NCBI GenBank assembly: GCA_965261135.1
Contig: OZ253443.1
Coordinates: 2,192,521 to 2,256,520 of the forward strand
Source of the DNA: Acidimicrobiia bacterium
GTDB lineage: Bacteria > Actinomycetota > Acidimicrobiia > Spongiisociales > ZC4RG35
DNA length: 64,000 bases
Reading direction: 5' to 3'
Shown here: positions 37,043 through 46,859 of the stretch, one piece after another
Position numbering within the stretch: the first letter of the stretch is position 1
Layout: each line of letters starts with the position of its first letter
Position numbers and translations under genes: made by a program
Notes under the pieces: generated by a model
Databases searched by the model: none
What the model saw: the letters and a program-made list of their open reading frames with translations, nothing else
Told to the model about the DNA's origin: nothing

Positions 37043-38410
37043 GTGAAATACGTTTCAACCCGGGGAGGAGCCGCGCCCGCCCCCTTCGACGAGATCCTGT
37101 TGGCCGGACCGGCGCCCGACGGGGGGTTATACGTTCCCACTCATTGGCCGACTGCTCCCAACCTGTCCTCGGGAGCTTCTTACCACGAGATGGTGGCTGC
37201 GGTCGCCGCTCCCTTTATGGAGGACAGCCTGTTGCTGGAACATCTGCCCCGGCTGGCCGCCGAAGCCTATGCCGGCTTCGGCCCACAAGGCCCGGCCCCC
37301 CTGCGGGAGGTGTCGGAGAACCGGTGGCTGTTGGATCTCACCTCCGGACCCACCCTTTCCTTCAAGGACTACGCCCTGCAGATGCTGGGAAGGCTGTTCA
37401 ATCAACTGCTGGAACTGCAGGGCAAGCGGATACTGGTGCTGGGCGCCACCTCCGGGGATACCGGCTCGGCCGCTATCGAGGCATGTCGGGACCAGGCCGG
37501 CATCGACATCGTGATTCTCTATCCGGAAGGCCGGGTCTCCGACATCCAACGCCGCCAGATGACCACCGTGGAGTCTTCCAATGTCCACACAGTAGCGGTG
37601 GAGGGAACTTTCGATGACTGCCAGGACCTGGTCAAGGCGGCTTTTAGCGACGCCGAGGTGCGACGCCGGCTGGCCCTGGCTGCCGTCAACTCCATCAACT
37701 GGGCGCGAATCGTCGCCCAAATCGCCTACTACCTGTGGGTGGGGCATCGGCTCGGGCGGGCGATCAGCTTCTCGGTTCCCACCGGCAATTTCGGCAACGT
37801 GCTGGCCGGATGGGCAGCGCGCCGGATGGGCGGGCCGGTGAAGCGGCTGGTGGTGGCCAACAACCACAACCGCGGACTGACCCGGCTCATCTCTGAAGGA
37901 CTCCTTTCCATAGAAGACGTGCGCCCCACCCTCGCCCCGGCCATGGATATCCAGATCCCTTCCAACCTGGAGAGATATCTGTTTGAGTTGGGCTCACGGC
38001 GAGGCGAGTGGATGTCCGAGGTGATGGACGACTACCGCCGCCGGGGCGAACTGCGTCTCGACTCCGAACTCCACTCCCGCCTCACGGACGACTTCGGAGC
38101 AGGATGGCTGGACGACCGGGCGATCATCGAAGTGATCGCCTCCGCTCATCGGGAGCACGGGTTGCTGCTCGACCCCCACAGCGCCTTGGGATGGGCTATG
38201 GCAGAGCGCCTGGGAGCGAGGGGCGAGGAAGTGGTCAGCATCGCCACCGCTCATCCCGCCAAGTTCCCCGAAGCGGTGGCCGAGGCGGTGGGTTTTGACC
38301 CTGATCCGCCCTCCCGCCTGGCCGACCTCTCCGAGCGCCCGGAGCGAACCACCGTGATCCCCGCCCGGCTGGACCGGTTGCTGTCGTTCCTGGAAAAGGC
38401 CCGCCGCTAA
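37043..38410 (+). CDS. thrC: Threonine synthase
   Basis: MKYVSTRGG..., PLP-lysine region FKDYALQ, 455 aa. Follows hom. Confidence 0.9.
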   Translation: MKYVSTRGGAAPAPFDEILLAGPAPDGGLYVPTHWPTAPNLSSGASYHEMVAAVAAPFMEDSLLLEHLPRLAAEAYAGFGPQGPAPLREVSENRWLLDLTSGPTLSFKDYALQMLGRLFNQLLELQGKRILVLGATSGDTGSAAIEACRDQAGIDIVILYPEGRVSDIQRRQMTTVESSNVHTVAVEGTFDDCQDLVKAAFSDAEVRRRLALAAVNSINWARIVAQIAYYLWVGHRLGRAISFSVPTGNFGNVLAGWAARRMGGPVKRLVVANNHNRGLTRLISEGLLSIEDVRPTLAPAMDIQIPSNLERYLFELGSRRGEWMSEVMDDYRRRGELRLDSELHSRLTDDFGAGWLDDRAIIEVIASAHREHGLLLDPHSALGWAMAERLGARGEEVVSIATAHPAKFPEAVAEAVGFDPDPPSRLADLSERPERTTVIPARLDRLLSFLEKARR

Positions 38411-38477
38411 CCAAACCGCTCCGACGGTATCGGGTTTGGCAGACAGCGGCTCGATCTGTTATAGTCAGGTCTGTCTG
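38411..38477 (+). terminator. Two consecutive GC-rich hairpins directly after the thrC stop, within the rho leader
   Basis: CCAAACCG-ctccgacggtat-CGGGTTTGG (38411-38439) and CAGACAG-...-CTGTCTG (38440-38477). No clear U-tract. Confidence 0.45.
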
Positions 38478-38615
38478 ATTCGTCCGCCCTCCGGCTCCGG
38501 CGGCGAACACCCCGAGAACTCTTCAAGACGGTCTTGCATAGAGCGTTACAGCCTTCACCTCCGCAGAGGAAAGTGAAAGGTAATTCGGAAACCCCGAGAA
38601 GATGAGGAATCCTAA

Positions 38616-40166
38616 ATGACTAGTGAATCCGAAAACGGACAACTTCTTACCAAATCGGTGGCTGACCTGCGACAAATCGCCTCGGCGATTGGCATCGACT
38701 CCGGCGGAATGGGCAAAGAGCAGTTGATTAGCGCCATTTCCGGCCGCGCCGCCGCGGACAACCCCGGTGGCGGAAAAGCTGCTCAGCAGCCCAGAGCACG
38801 CGGCGGTGGACGCCAGCAGGCGCCTCCGGCGCCCGTGCCTCCCTCCCCGGCGCCCAGAAGATCCTCCGGCGGATCCGCCGCGGACGGAGACAACCGGCAA
38901 TCGTCGGACGGCTCCTCGCCTGACTTCGAATTCCGCGCCGGCCACGGAACGGGCCCTTCGCACTCAGGCGGCCGCCGCCGCCGCGGACGGGGACGCAGGC
39001 CGTCACCTCACTCCAACATCCCCGAGGGCGAGATGGAGGTGCGGGAAGGGCTGTTGGACGTCCTCCCCGAGGGCTACGGGTTCCTCCGGGTGTCCGGCTA
39101 CGGACCCGGTGAACAGGACGTCTACGTCTCCGCCGGGCTAGTCCGCCGCATGAAGCTTCGCAAGGGCGACCTGGTGGGCGGGCCGATCAGGCCCCCCCGC
39201 TCACAAGAGAAATACCCGGGCATGGTGAGAGTGGAGCACGTCAACAAAGCGGACCCCGGCGAGGCGATGCGCCGACCGAAGTTCGGAAAACTGACCCCCC
39301 TCTTTCCCGACCAGCGGCTCCGCCTGGAACTGGAAGGTATGCCCAGGCGCACCCTGGCCCGCCTCATCGATCTCATCTCTCCCATCGGCAAGGGACAGCG
39401 GGGATTGATCGTCTCTCCCCCCAAAGCGGGAAAGACCACCGTGCTCAAAGAGATCGCCCAGTCGATCACGATCAACAATCCCGAATGTCATCTGATGGTG
39501 GTGCTGGTGGACGAGCGTCCCGAGGAGGTGACCGACATGCAGAGGTCGGTCAAGGGAGACGTGGTCTACTCCACCTTCGACCGGCCCGCCGAGCAGCACA
39601 CCCAAATCGCCGACCTGGCCTTGGAGCGCGCCAAGCGCATGGTGGAAACCGGAATGGACGTAGTGATTCTGCTCGACTCCATAACCCGGCTGGCCCGCGC
39701 CCACAACCTTGCCGCCCCGGCCTCGGGACGGATGCTCTCAGGAGGAATCGACGCCACCGCCCTCTACCCGCCCAAGCGGTTCTTCGGAGCGGCCCGCAAC
39801 ATAGAGGAAGGCGGCAGTCTGACCATCCTGGGCACCGCCCTGGTGGAGACCCGGTCCAAGATGGACGAGGTGATCTTCGAGGAGTTCAAGGGCACCGGCA
39901 ACATGGAGCTGCGGCTGGACCGCAAGCTGGCTGACAAGCGGATCTACCCGGCGGTCGACATCGAGTTGTCGGGCACCCGTCGCGAAGAACTGCTTTTCAC
40001 CATCGACGAGCTTCCTCAGGTCTGGAAGCTGCGACGGGTTCTCCTGTCGCTCGAGCCGAGCGCCGCCATCGAGTTGTTGATCGATAAACTCCAGCGTTCC
40101 CCTTCCAACAAGGTGTTCTTGGCCGAGGTGGCCAGAAACACCGGAGATCGAGTCAGATCGGTATGA
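38616..40166 (+). CDS. rho: Transcription termination factor Rho (actinobacterial type with Arg/Gly-rich N-terminal insertion)
   Basis: RNA-binding N-domain, about 150-aa RG-rich insert, ATPase core with P-loop PPKAGKTT and the Rho Q/R loops. 516 aa. Confidence 0.95.
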   Translation: MTSESENGQLLTKSVADLRQIASAIGIDSGGMGKEQLISAISGRAAADNPGGGKAAQQPRARGGGRQQAPPAPVPPSPAPRRSSGGSAADGDNRQSSDGSSPDFEFRAGHGTGPSHSGGRRRRGRGRRPSPHSNIPEGEMEVREGLLDVLPEGYGFLRVSGYGPGEQDVYVSAGLVRRMKLRKGDLVGGPIRPPRSQEKYPGMVRVEHVNKADPGEAMRRPKFGKLTPLFPDQRLRLELEGMPRRTLARLIDLISPIGKGQRGLIVSPPKAGKTTVLKEIAQSITINNPECHLMVVLVDERPEEVTDMQRSVKGDVVYSTFDRPAEQHTQIADLALERAKRMVETGMDVVILLDSITRLARAHNLAAPASGRMLSGGIDATALYPPKRFFGAARNIEEGGSLTILGTALVETRSKMDEVIFEEFKGTGNMELRLDRKLADKRIYPAVDIELSGTRREELLFTIDELPQVWKLRRVLLSLEPSAAIELLIDKLQRSPSNKVFLAEVARNTGDRVRSV

Positions 40167-40522
40167 AAACACAGATACATCCCCCGTACGACCTGACCAC
40201 GGTCACCTGCTCCTGCGGCGCCAAATTCGTCACCAGGACCACCCGGCCTCCCGCCATGACCGTGGAGTTGTGCAACGAGTGTCATCCCTTCTACACCGGA
40301 GAGCAAAGGCTGGTCGACACCGGCGGAAGGGTGGAGCACTTTCAAAGGCGCTACGGAGAAGCCGCCGAAATCCGCTCCAAGCGGTACCGAAAAAAAGCTA
40401 CGGCTTCCAAAGAAGCGACTTCGTCCGCGCGAGAGCCTGACGCACAGGGGTCTTCGACACCCGCCGCCGGAGGCTCGTCTCCGGAATCAGGACCCGAGGT
40501 GCTGGAACCCGACGGCTCCTAG
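40163..40522 (+). CDS. rpmE: 50S ribosomal protein L31 (zinc-ribbon form) with about 50-aa low-complexity C-terminal tail
   Basis: MKTQIHP... with CSCG...CNECHPFYTG Cys4. Tail is KKATASKEATSSAREPDAQGSSTPAAGGSSPESGPEVLEPDGS. Confidence 0.85.
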   Translation: MKTQIHPPYDLTTVTCSCGAKFVTRTTRPPAMTVELCNECHPFYTGEQRLVDTGGRVEHFQRRYGEAAEIRSKRYRKKATASKEATSSAREPDAQGSSTPAAGGSSPESGPEVLEPDGS

Positions 40523-40537
40523 CCCACCCTGCTCGCG

Positions 40538-41521
40538 GTGAGCACCAGACCCCAACCAGAGGAATCCTCCAGCCTCGATCCATTGGCGGTGGGCGGACAG
40601 GCTCTGATCGAAGGGGTGATGATCCGGGCGCCGGAAGCCTGGGCGGTGGCGGCCCGCCGTATGGACGGGGTTATCGTGGCCGAACGCCGGACCCTTCCCC
40701 GCCTCTCCACCCGCACCTGGGCAGCCCGGATCCCGTTCCTGCGCGGCATCCTGGTGCTGATCGAATCTCTCAACCTGGGATTCCGGTCCCTGGCCTGGTC
40801 GGCAGAGGTCGCCGCCTGGGAACCCGGTGAAGACCCGGACGATCTCGGGGGTCCCCAGGAATCGCTCGGCTGGCAACTCTGGCTGTGGATGGGAGTGGCC
40901 CTGTCCCTTTTTGTCGCCTTTTTCATGGTGGTCCCCGCCACCATTGCCCGGTTGACCGCCGGCGAATCCGGACTGCTGTTCGGGTTTTTGGAAGCAGTGA
41001 TCCGCTTGGGCCTGTTTGTAGGCTACATATGGGGGATCGGACGGATCTCCGACATCAAGCGGGTATTCGCCTATCACGGGGCGGAGCATATGACCATTCA
41101 TGCTTACGAACAGGAGAAAACCCTTTCCGTGGAATCCGTTTTCAGGTACCCGCCCGAGCATCCCCGATGTGGAACCAACTTCCTCTTGATAGTGGTGATC
41201 CTCTCCATCGTGGCCTTCGCTCTGGTGGGTAACCCGGGATGGCTAACGCTGGTAATCAGCCGGGTGATCTTCATTCCCGTGATCGCCGCCATCGCTTATG
41301 AGCTTTTGAAATTCGCCGGCAGACATCAGTCACAAACCCTGGGCAGATGGCTGGCCGCCCCCGGAATGTGGCTGCAGAAGCTCACTACCAACCAGCCGAC
41401 GGCCGACCAGATCGAGGTGGCGATGACCAGTTTGCTCTCAGCGGTTGATGCTTCCGAGTCGGACCGGCTGGTATCCACCGGCGTCATACCTTCCTCGGTG
41501 ATGAACGCCCTCGCGTCATGA
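40538..41521 (+). CDS. DUF1385 (YqhQ-like) membrane-associated metal-dependent protein
   Basis: YHGAEH ... HPRCGT motifs with hydrophobic segments. Lies between rpmE and prfA, as is common in Gram-positives. Confidence 0.7.
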   Translation: MSTRPQPEESSSLDPLAVGGQALIEGVMIRAPEAWAVAARRMDGVIVAERRTLPRLSTRTWAARIPFLRGILVLIESLNLGFRSLAWSAEVAAWEPGEDPDDLGGPQESLGWQLWLWMGVALSLFVAFFMVVPATIARLTAGESGLLFGFLEAVIRLGLFVGYIWGIGRISDIKRVFAYHGAEHMTIHAYEQEKTLSVESVFRYPPEHPRCGTNFLLIVVILSIVAFALVGNPGWLTLVISRVIFIPVIAAIAYELLKFAGRHQSQTLGRWLAAPGMWLQKLTTNQPTADQIEVAMTSLLSAVDASESDRLVSTGVIPSSVMNALAS

Positions 41522-42615
41522 TCGCTCCGGTGTGGCGCGAGCGCATCCCTGAGTTGGAACGGCAACTGGCCGATGTGGAGAGGTCCATGGCCCAACCGGA
41601 TGTCATCGCCGACCACCGGCGGCTGGCCGAGGCGGGTCGGCGTCGGGCGGAGCTTTGGCCCATTGTGAAGACCGCCCGCAACTGGCTGGCGGCCGAGGCA
41701 GAGACTCAGGAAGCCGAGGAGTTGGCCGAGGCCGACCCAGAACTCCGCGACGAGTTGTTGGAGTTGGCCGATGAACGACGCCAAGACGCCAACCGACTCG
41801 TAGAGGAGTTGGAGGTCCTGATGGTTCCCCCCGACCCCGACGACCATCGGGATGTGATCATGGAAATCAGGGCGGCGGCCGGGGGCGATGAAGCCGCGAT
41901 CTGGGCTGGGGATCTGCTCCGCATGTACCAGAAGTTCGCTGACCGCCGCGGTCTGCGAACCGAGGAGATGGATGCCTCTCCCTCCGGAGTGGGCGGATAC
42001 AGCAAAATCTCCTTTGCGGTCAAAGGTCGCGGATCGTATGGAATGCTGCGCTATGAGGGCGGCGTTCACCGCGTACAGCGGGTGCCCAGGACCGAGTCGC
42101 AGGGTCGGGTCCACACTTCCACCGCCACCGTGGCGGTGCTGGCGGAAGCCGATGAAGTAGAGGTGGAGGTATCCGCCGATGAGGTGCGAGTGGATGTGTT
42201 CCGCTCGTCCGGTCCCGGCGGGCAGTCGGTCAACACCACCGATTCGGCGGTGCGCATCACCCATCTCCCCACCGGACTGGTCGTCAGTTGTCAGGATCAA
42301 AAAAGCCAATTCCAGAACAAGGAAAAAGCCTTCCGGGTGCTGCGCGCCCGGCTCTACCAGTTGGAGATCGAGCGGCGCCAGGCGGGAATCGCCGGCCAGC
42401 GCCGCTCCCAGGTGGGGGCAGGCGACCGGTCGGAGAAGATCCGCACCTACAACTTCCGGGAGAACCGGGTAACCGACCATCGGATCAGGCTCACCCTCAA
42501 GTCGCTCGACCGGGTGCTGGAGGGGGAGATCGACCAGATGACCAACGCGCTCGCCGCCCGGGAGCGGTCCGAGAGACTGGTCTCTTCACTGGTCGACCCT
42601 TCCCGTCCGGACTGA
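41518..42615 (+). CDS. prfA: Peptide chain release factor 1
   Basis: GGQ motif (SSGPGGQSVNTTDSAVRITHLPTG) and HRVQRVPRTESQGRVHTS (RF1 PxT-type tripeptide region). 4-nt overlap with the upstream gene. Confidence 0.9.
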   Translation: MIAPVWRERIPELERQLADVERSMAQPDVIADHRRLAEAGRRRAELWPIVKTARNWLAAEAETQEAEELAEADPELRDELLELADERRQDANRLVEELEVLMVPPDPDDHRDVIMEIRAAAGGDEAAIWAGDLLRMYQKFADRRGLRTEEMDASPSGVGGYSKISFAVKGRGSYGMLRYEGGVHRVQRVPRTESQGRVHTSTATVAVLAEADEVEVEVSADEVRVDVFRSSGPGGQSVNTTDSAVRITHLPTGLVVSCQDQKSQFQNKEKAFRVLRARLYQLEIERRQAGIAGQRRSQVGAGDRSEKIRTYNFRENRVTDHRIRLTLKSLDRVLEGEIDQMTNALAARERSERLVSSLVDPSRPD

Positions 42616-42633
42616 CCGCTCTCCCAGCCCAAA

Positions 42634-43464
42634 ATGGCCCCTGTCGCGCTCTCTCCTCTGCAAATCTCCCGCCGCAGCGGGCTTCCTTACCACGAGGTGC
42701 AGCGGCTGATCGCAACCCTCACCCAGGACAGTATCCACGCCGGCCTGCCCCTGCCGCCCCCGATCGCGGCGGCGACCGAGTCCCTGATAAGAAAGCGCCA
42801 AGCGGGAGTCCCCCTCCAATACCTGGAGGGGCACGTCGATTTTGGCCCGGTGCGCCTGGCAGTCGACCCTAGGGCGCTCATTCCCCGGCCCGAGACCGAA
42901 CAGCTCTGGGAACTGGTCACCCGGTTGGTCCCACCCTCTTTGCCGTCAGTGATAGCGGACATCGGAACCGGCTCGGGTGCACTCGCCCTGGCATTCGCTC
43001 ACTCCTATCCCCAAGCCGAAGTGGTAGCCACCGACACCTCCTCCAAAGCCTTGGATTTGGCCCGGGAGAACATCAGGGCAAACCGCTGGGAGGGTGGCCG
43101 GATCGACTTGCGAGAAGGCGACCTCTTTGAGGCGTTACCGTCCTCGTTGCGGGGGGAGGTGGACATATTGGTCTGCAATCCGCCCTACGTTGCAGAGTCA
43201 GAGTGGCCCAATCTTCCGGCCGACGTGAGAGCCGAGCCCTACCCCGCCCTGGTGGCGGGCCCCCGAGGCACCGAGATACTGGAGAGACTGATTGCCGGAG
43301 TGTCGGATTGGCTAAGACCATCCGGGACGGTGGCTGTTGAATTCGGGGAAACCCAGGCCACAGAGGTGAGAGAGGCCTTCCTGGCCGGAGGCATCGACGC
43401 CAGGATCCACCACGACCTGACCGGTCGTCCCAGGTTCGCATGGGGGGGACCGGTCGGATCGTGA
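42634..43464 (+). CDS. prmC: Release factor glutamine N5-methyltransferase
   Basis: NPPY motif (LVCNPPYV), SAM motif DIGTGSGALAL. Follows prfA. Confidence 0.85.
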   Translation: MAPVALSPLQISRRSGLPYHEVQRLIATLTQDSIHAGLPLPPPIAAATESLIRKRQAGVPLQYLEGHVDFGPVRLAVDPRALIPRPETEQLWELVTRLVPPSLPSVIADIGTGSGALALAFAHSYPQAEVVATDTSSKALDLARENIRANRWEGGRIDLREGDLFEALPSSLRGEVDILVCNPPYVAESEWPNLPADVRAEPYPALVAGPRGTEILERLIAGVSDWLRPSGTVAVEFGETQATEVREAFLAGGIDARIHHDLTGRPRFAWGGPVGS

Positions 43465-44012
43465 CCCCCCCACTGCTGGCCCGGGCCCGGGTTCTGCTCG
43501 CCGAGGGGAAAGTGGTGGGCGTACCAACCGATACGGTTTACGGGCTGGCCGCCCGGCGCTCGGCCACCGAGGCCCTGTTTCGACTCAAGGGCCGGCCGCC
43601 GGAAAAGGCCATTCCGGTGTTAGTGGGTTCCATCGCCCAAGCCCGGAGGCTGGCTGTCTTCACCTCTTCGGCCCAGCGACTGGCCGACGCCCACTGGCCG
43701 GGTCCCATCACCCTGGTTCTGGCCACCCAGCCCGGAGCGGGAACCGAGGCCCGCCAGACCATCGGCCTCCGCATGCCCAACCATCCCCTGACCGTGGAGT
43801 TGTTGACCATCGGCGGTCCACTCGCCGTCACTTCTGCAAACCCCTCGGGAGGCACCCCGGCGAGATCGGACCGGGAGGCCCGGGAGATGTTCGGCGACCA
43901 AATAGAGCTCTACCTGCCGGGAGTCTGCCCCGGAGGAGTTGCCTCCACGGTCATCGAAATACTGCCCGACCATGACCCAAAAGTGCTCCGACCGGGTCCC
44001 ATCACCCTCTGA
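43440..44012 (+). CDS. tsaC: L-threonylcarbamoyladenylate synthase (YrdC/Sua5 domain)
   Basis: GKVVGVPTDTVYGLAA ... LKGRPPEKAIPVLV, YrdC fold. GTG at 43461 (GTGA overlap with the prmC stop) is an alternative start. Confidence 0.8.
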   Translation: MGGTGRIVTPPLLARARVLLAEGKVVGVPTDTVYGLAARRSATEALFRLKGRPPEKAIPVLVGSIAQARRLAVFTSSAQRLADAHWPGPITLVLATQPGAGTEARQTIGLRMPNHPLTVELLTIGGPLAVTSANPSGGTPARSDREAREMFGDQIELYLPGVCPGGVASTVIEILPDHDPKVLRPGPITL

Positions 44013-44017
44013 GACCT

Positions 44018-44042
44018 GGCCCTTCCAGACATGAGAAGGGCC
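44018..44042 (+). terminator. Hairpin directly after the tsaC stop (terminator candidate)
   Basis: GGCCCTTC-cagacatga-GAAGGGCC, 8-bp GC-rich stem, 6 nt after the TGA. No U-tract, as is common in high-GC genomes. Confidence 0.4.
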
Positions 44043-44389
44043 GCCTTCATCAAGGGATAGGCCCGCCGCCACGGTACCACCTCTTTAATTCTTGGGTTTC
44101 CCTCCCGACCCGCCGCCTCCTGACCGGTCGAAAAAGTTGGACGGGCGCAGGCCTATCCAAACCCGATGATCATATTTCGTCGGCTATGCCGCTCGCCTGG
44201 GGAGAGCGTTGCCAGAGGTCGCTGCCCGCCGAAGACGAGGCCTGCTGATGATGGCGATCCGGACCGCACACATGTTTGTTCCTTCAGTGTGGAACGCCCG
44301 GTGGGACATTTTCAAGGAAATAGCTGCGATTCTCAGCGGTGTTTTTCGCGGGTTTTCAAACTGGTGTTTCCGGCAAAGGATAAATGGCT

Positions 44390-44710
44390 CTACGATGCTC
44401 GCAAGGCGCGGCGCATGATCTTGCCGGTGGTGGTACGAGGCAACTCTTTCAGGAAGGTCACGTGGCGCGGAGTTTCATGTGCCGCGAGCCGGGTGCGGAC
44501 ATGGTTCTGAAGCTCGACTGCCAGTTGTTCCGACGGTTCCGCGCCCGAGCACAGAACCACGAAGGCCGCAGGTACATGCCCCCGGATCTCGTCAAGAACG
44601 CCCACGACCTCCCTTGGGAGGGCCGGCGGTGCCGGAGGTGTAGATCAGATAGGCAGGGTCCTCCGCTCCGGTCTCGAGGGGCCGTTCCAAACCCGGACCG
44701 GAACAGAGAG
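44390..44710 (-). pseudogene. Decayed remnant of an AMP-binding (acyl-/acetyl-CoA synthetase family) gene
   Basis: Minus-strand translation shows the adenylation core motif ...AYLIYTSGTAGPPKG (about 44640-44700). After a frameshift it runs directly into the C-terminal block ...AAFVVL...LKELPRTTTGKIMRRALRA (44390-44605). The roughly 350 aa normally between these motifs are missing. Confidence 0.5.
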
Positions 44711-44742
44711 CATCGAACTCCGGGCCTACCCTCCTCCCGGAA

Positions 44743-45480
44743 TCACGACGGACGGTCGGCGTCGGGCAGACGAACGGCCCGCACCATCTTCACCGGAACC
44801 CCGTCCAGGCGCTCCTCCCCCGCCTGTTCGATCCGAAAACCCTCCTCTACCAGGAGGCACGACAGCCGATCGGTGTCTATCTCGTGAAAAAACCCGGGCT
44901 TGTCACGGCGGTCATGGTCGAAGGAATCGTAACGAGGATGGGTGGGGTCGCTGAACTGCTCATCCAAAAGCACCAGCCGGGCGTCCGGGCGGAGCGTCCG
45001 CCCGAATTCGGCGCAGGCGGCGCGATCGTCGACCCAGTGGTGGACGCAGTTGATGGACCACGCCGCGTCGATGGACCCTTCTTCGACGGGTATCTGCTCA
45101 GCCTTGCCTTTCAGGACGACGATCCGCTCCGTCGAGGAGGATCGGACCCCCCGTCGGACTTGCATGATCGCCCTCATCAGAGGGGAGGGCTCCACTGCGA
45201 AGACCCGCCCGTCACCGACCCGGCGGGAGGCGGCCAATACCGCCGGTCCCATCCCTGCTCCCACATCCAACACCCTCTCTCCCTCGGCAGGGCCTATCAA
45301 CTCCACCACCGCGACGTTGATGGGCGACTTCCACAACCGCGGGGCGTGTCTCAGATAGAAAAGCTGCCGCCACCAACCCTCATGATGATGACCGTGAGCA
45401 TGCTCTCCATGATCTTCATCAGAGTGGTGGTCGGAGGGATGATCGCCGGTCTGTCCGGGGGTGTCCTGGTGGTCTTCCAT
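44743..45480 (-). CDS. Class-I SAM-dependent methyltransferase with His-rich N-terminal tail
   Basis: Motif I VLDVGAGMG, post-I acidic D/E. N-terminus DHPSDHHSDEDHGEHAHGHHHEG. Start assigned to MEDHQD (45480) to avoid overlap with the downstream gene. The ORF-track start is 45570. Confidence 0.65.
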   Translation of the reverse strand: MEDHQDTPGQTGDHPSDHHSDEDHGEHAHGHHHEGWWRQLFYLRHAPRLWKSPINVAVVELIGPAEGERVLDVGAGMGPAVLAASRRVGDGRVFAVEPSPLMRAIMQVRRGVRSSSTERIVVLKGKAEQIPVEEGSIDAAWSINCVHHWVDDRAACAEFGRTLRPDARLVLLDEQFSDPTHPRYDSFDHDRRDKPGFFHEIDTDRLSCLLVEEGFRIEQAGEERLDGVPVKMVRAVRLPDADRPS

Positions 45481-45520
45481 CGTTCTGGTCTCGCTTTCTT
45501 CTATCTCCCCGCCCGATTTG

Positions 45521-46816
45521 TTAGAGATCGGCCAGCGCCTCGGCGGCGGCGGCCAGCGCCATCTCCACATCCTGGGTGGTGTGGGCCGCCGACAGGTACC
45601 AGAGACCCCTTCCGATCAGTCTTACTCCCCGCCGGTGCATCCCCGCCACGAAGCGTCCGTACTTGGCAGTGTCATAGGAAAGCGTATCCCGGTAGTCCCG
45701 GATCCTCTCGGCGGTGGTGAATCCGGCATGGAACATGGGGCCGGGACCCTCCACCCGCAGGGCATGTCCCGCCTCCGAAGAGACCCGACGCAGGCCTTCG
45801 GCGAGCTGGACCCCCAGCTCAAAGAGGCGGTCGTGGACCTGCTCTTTCTCCAGAATGGCCAGGGTGGCCGCCGCGGCCGCCACGGTGGGGGTCGAGGAAT
45901 TCATGGTCCCGGCGTGCAATGCCCTCCCCTCGGCCACGTGCGCCATCACCTCGGCCTTTCCCGCCAGGGCGCTGATCGGAAACCCGTTGGCCATGGCCTT
46001 GCCGAAGGTGGCCAGATCGGGAACCACCCCGAAGTACCCCTGGGCGCCTGCCATTCCCAGCCGGAACCCGGTTATCACCTCATCGAAGATCAGCACCGCC
46101 CCGTAGAAGGAACAGAGAGAACGCAAGCCCTCCAAGAAGCCCTCGGTGGGAAGGATGCAGCCGCTGTTGCACATCACCGGCTCGGTGATCACCGCCGCTA
46201 TTCCGTCGGGATCGGACGCCAACACCCTTTCCACCGCGTCGAGATCGTTCCAGCACGCCGTGGTCACTTCGGCGTCCGAGGAAAGCGGACGGCCTTGGGT
46301 CCAAGGGAGCGGCCGGGGCCGGAGCCGGGATCCGAGCGCGTCGGCCGAGGGTGCGGAGACACTCACCGCCACATTGTCGAACCAGCCGTGGTAATGACCC
46401 TCGAACTTGACGAACCGGGTTCTTCCGGTGTGCACCCGGGCGGCCCGCAGGGCGGCATGCACCGCCTCGGACCCGCTCAGGCTAAAACGCACCAGATCAG
46501 CACATGGGACCAGCCTCTGCATGGTCTCCGCCAGTTCCAGTTCGGCGAGATGCTGGCCGGCGAAGATCTGGCCGGAAGCGGTCGCCCGGGCCACCGCTTC
46601 CACCACCTCGGGCCGGGAATGGCCGAGGATGAGCGGGCCCTGGCTGAGGGTGAAGTCCAGGTAGGTGTTTCCATCCACGTCGGTGATCCGGCTCCCCCGG
46701 CCCGATTCGTAGAACAATGGGTGGGGGTGGTCGTACGACCGGAATTGGCTGGAGACCCCTCCGGCCAACACTTCCTGGGCCCGCTGGTACAGCTCCGCCG
46801 ATCGGTGATGCTTCAT
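45521..46816 (-). CDS. Class-III PLP aminotransferase (glutamate-1-semialdehyde 2,1-aminomutase-like)
   Basis: 431 aa. GGVSSQFRS...DVDGNTYLDF...GPLILGH N-terminal pattern and FDEVITGFR with PLP-Lys region TFGKAMANG. Confidence 0.8.
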   Translation of the reverse strand: MKHHRSAELYQRAQEVLAGGVSSQFRSYDHPHPLFYESGRGSRITDVDGNTYLDFTLSQGPLILGHSRPEVVEAVARATASGQIFAGQHLAELELAETMQRLVPCADLVRFSLSGSEAVHAALRAARVHTGRTRFVKFEGHYHGWFDNVAVSVSAPSADALGSRLRPRPLPWTQGRPLSSDAEVTTACWNDLDAVERVLASDPDGIAAVITEPVMCNSGCILPTEGFLEGLRSLCSFYGAVLIFDEVITGFRLGMAGAQGYFGVVPDLATFGKAMANGFPISALAGKAEVMAHVAEGRALHAGTMNSSTPTVAAAAATLAILEKEQVHDRLFELGVQLAEGLRRVSSEAGHALRVEGPGPMFHAGFTTAERIRDYRDTLSYDTAKYGRFVAGMHRRGVRLIGRGLWYLSAAHTTQDVEMALAAAAEALADL

Positions 46817-46859
46817 CTCCGCCCAATCTTACGACCCTCGCCGGACGGGCCTCCCCCAC

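Noticed and set aside
44166-44510. 114-aa plus-strand ORF in the tsaC-downstream gap
   Set aside because: No RBS, Arg/Cys-rich, and overlaps the better-supported AMP-binding pseudogene remnant on the opposite strand.
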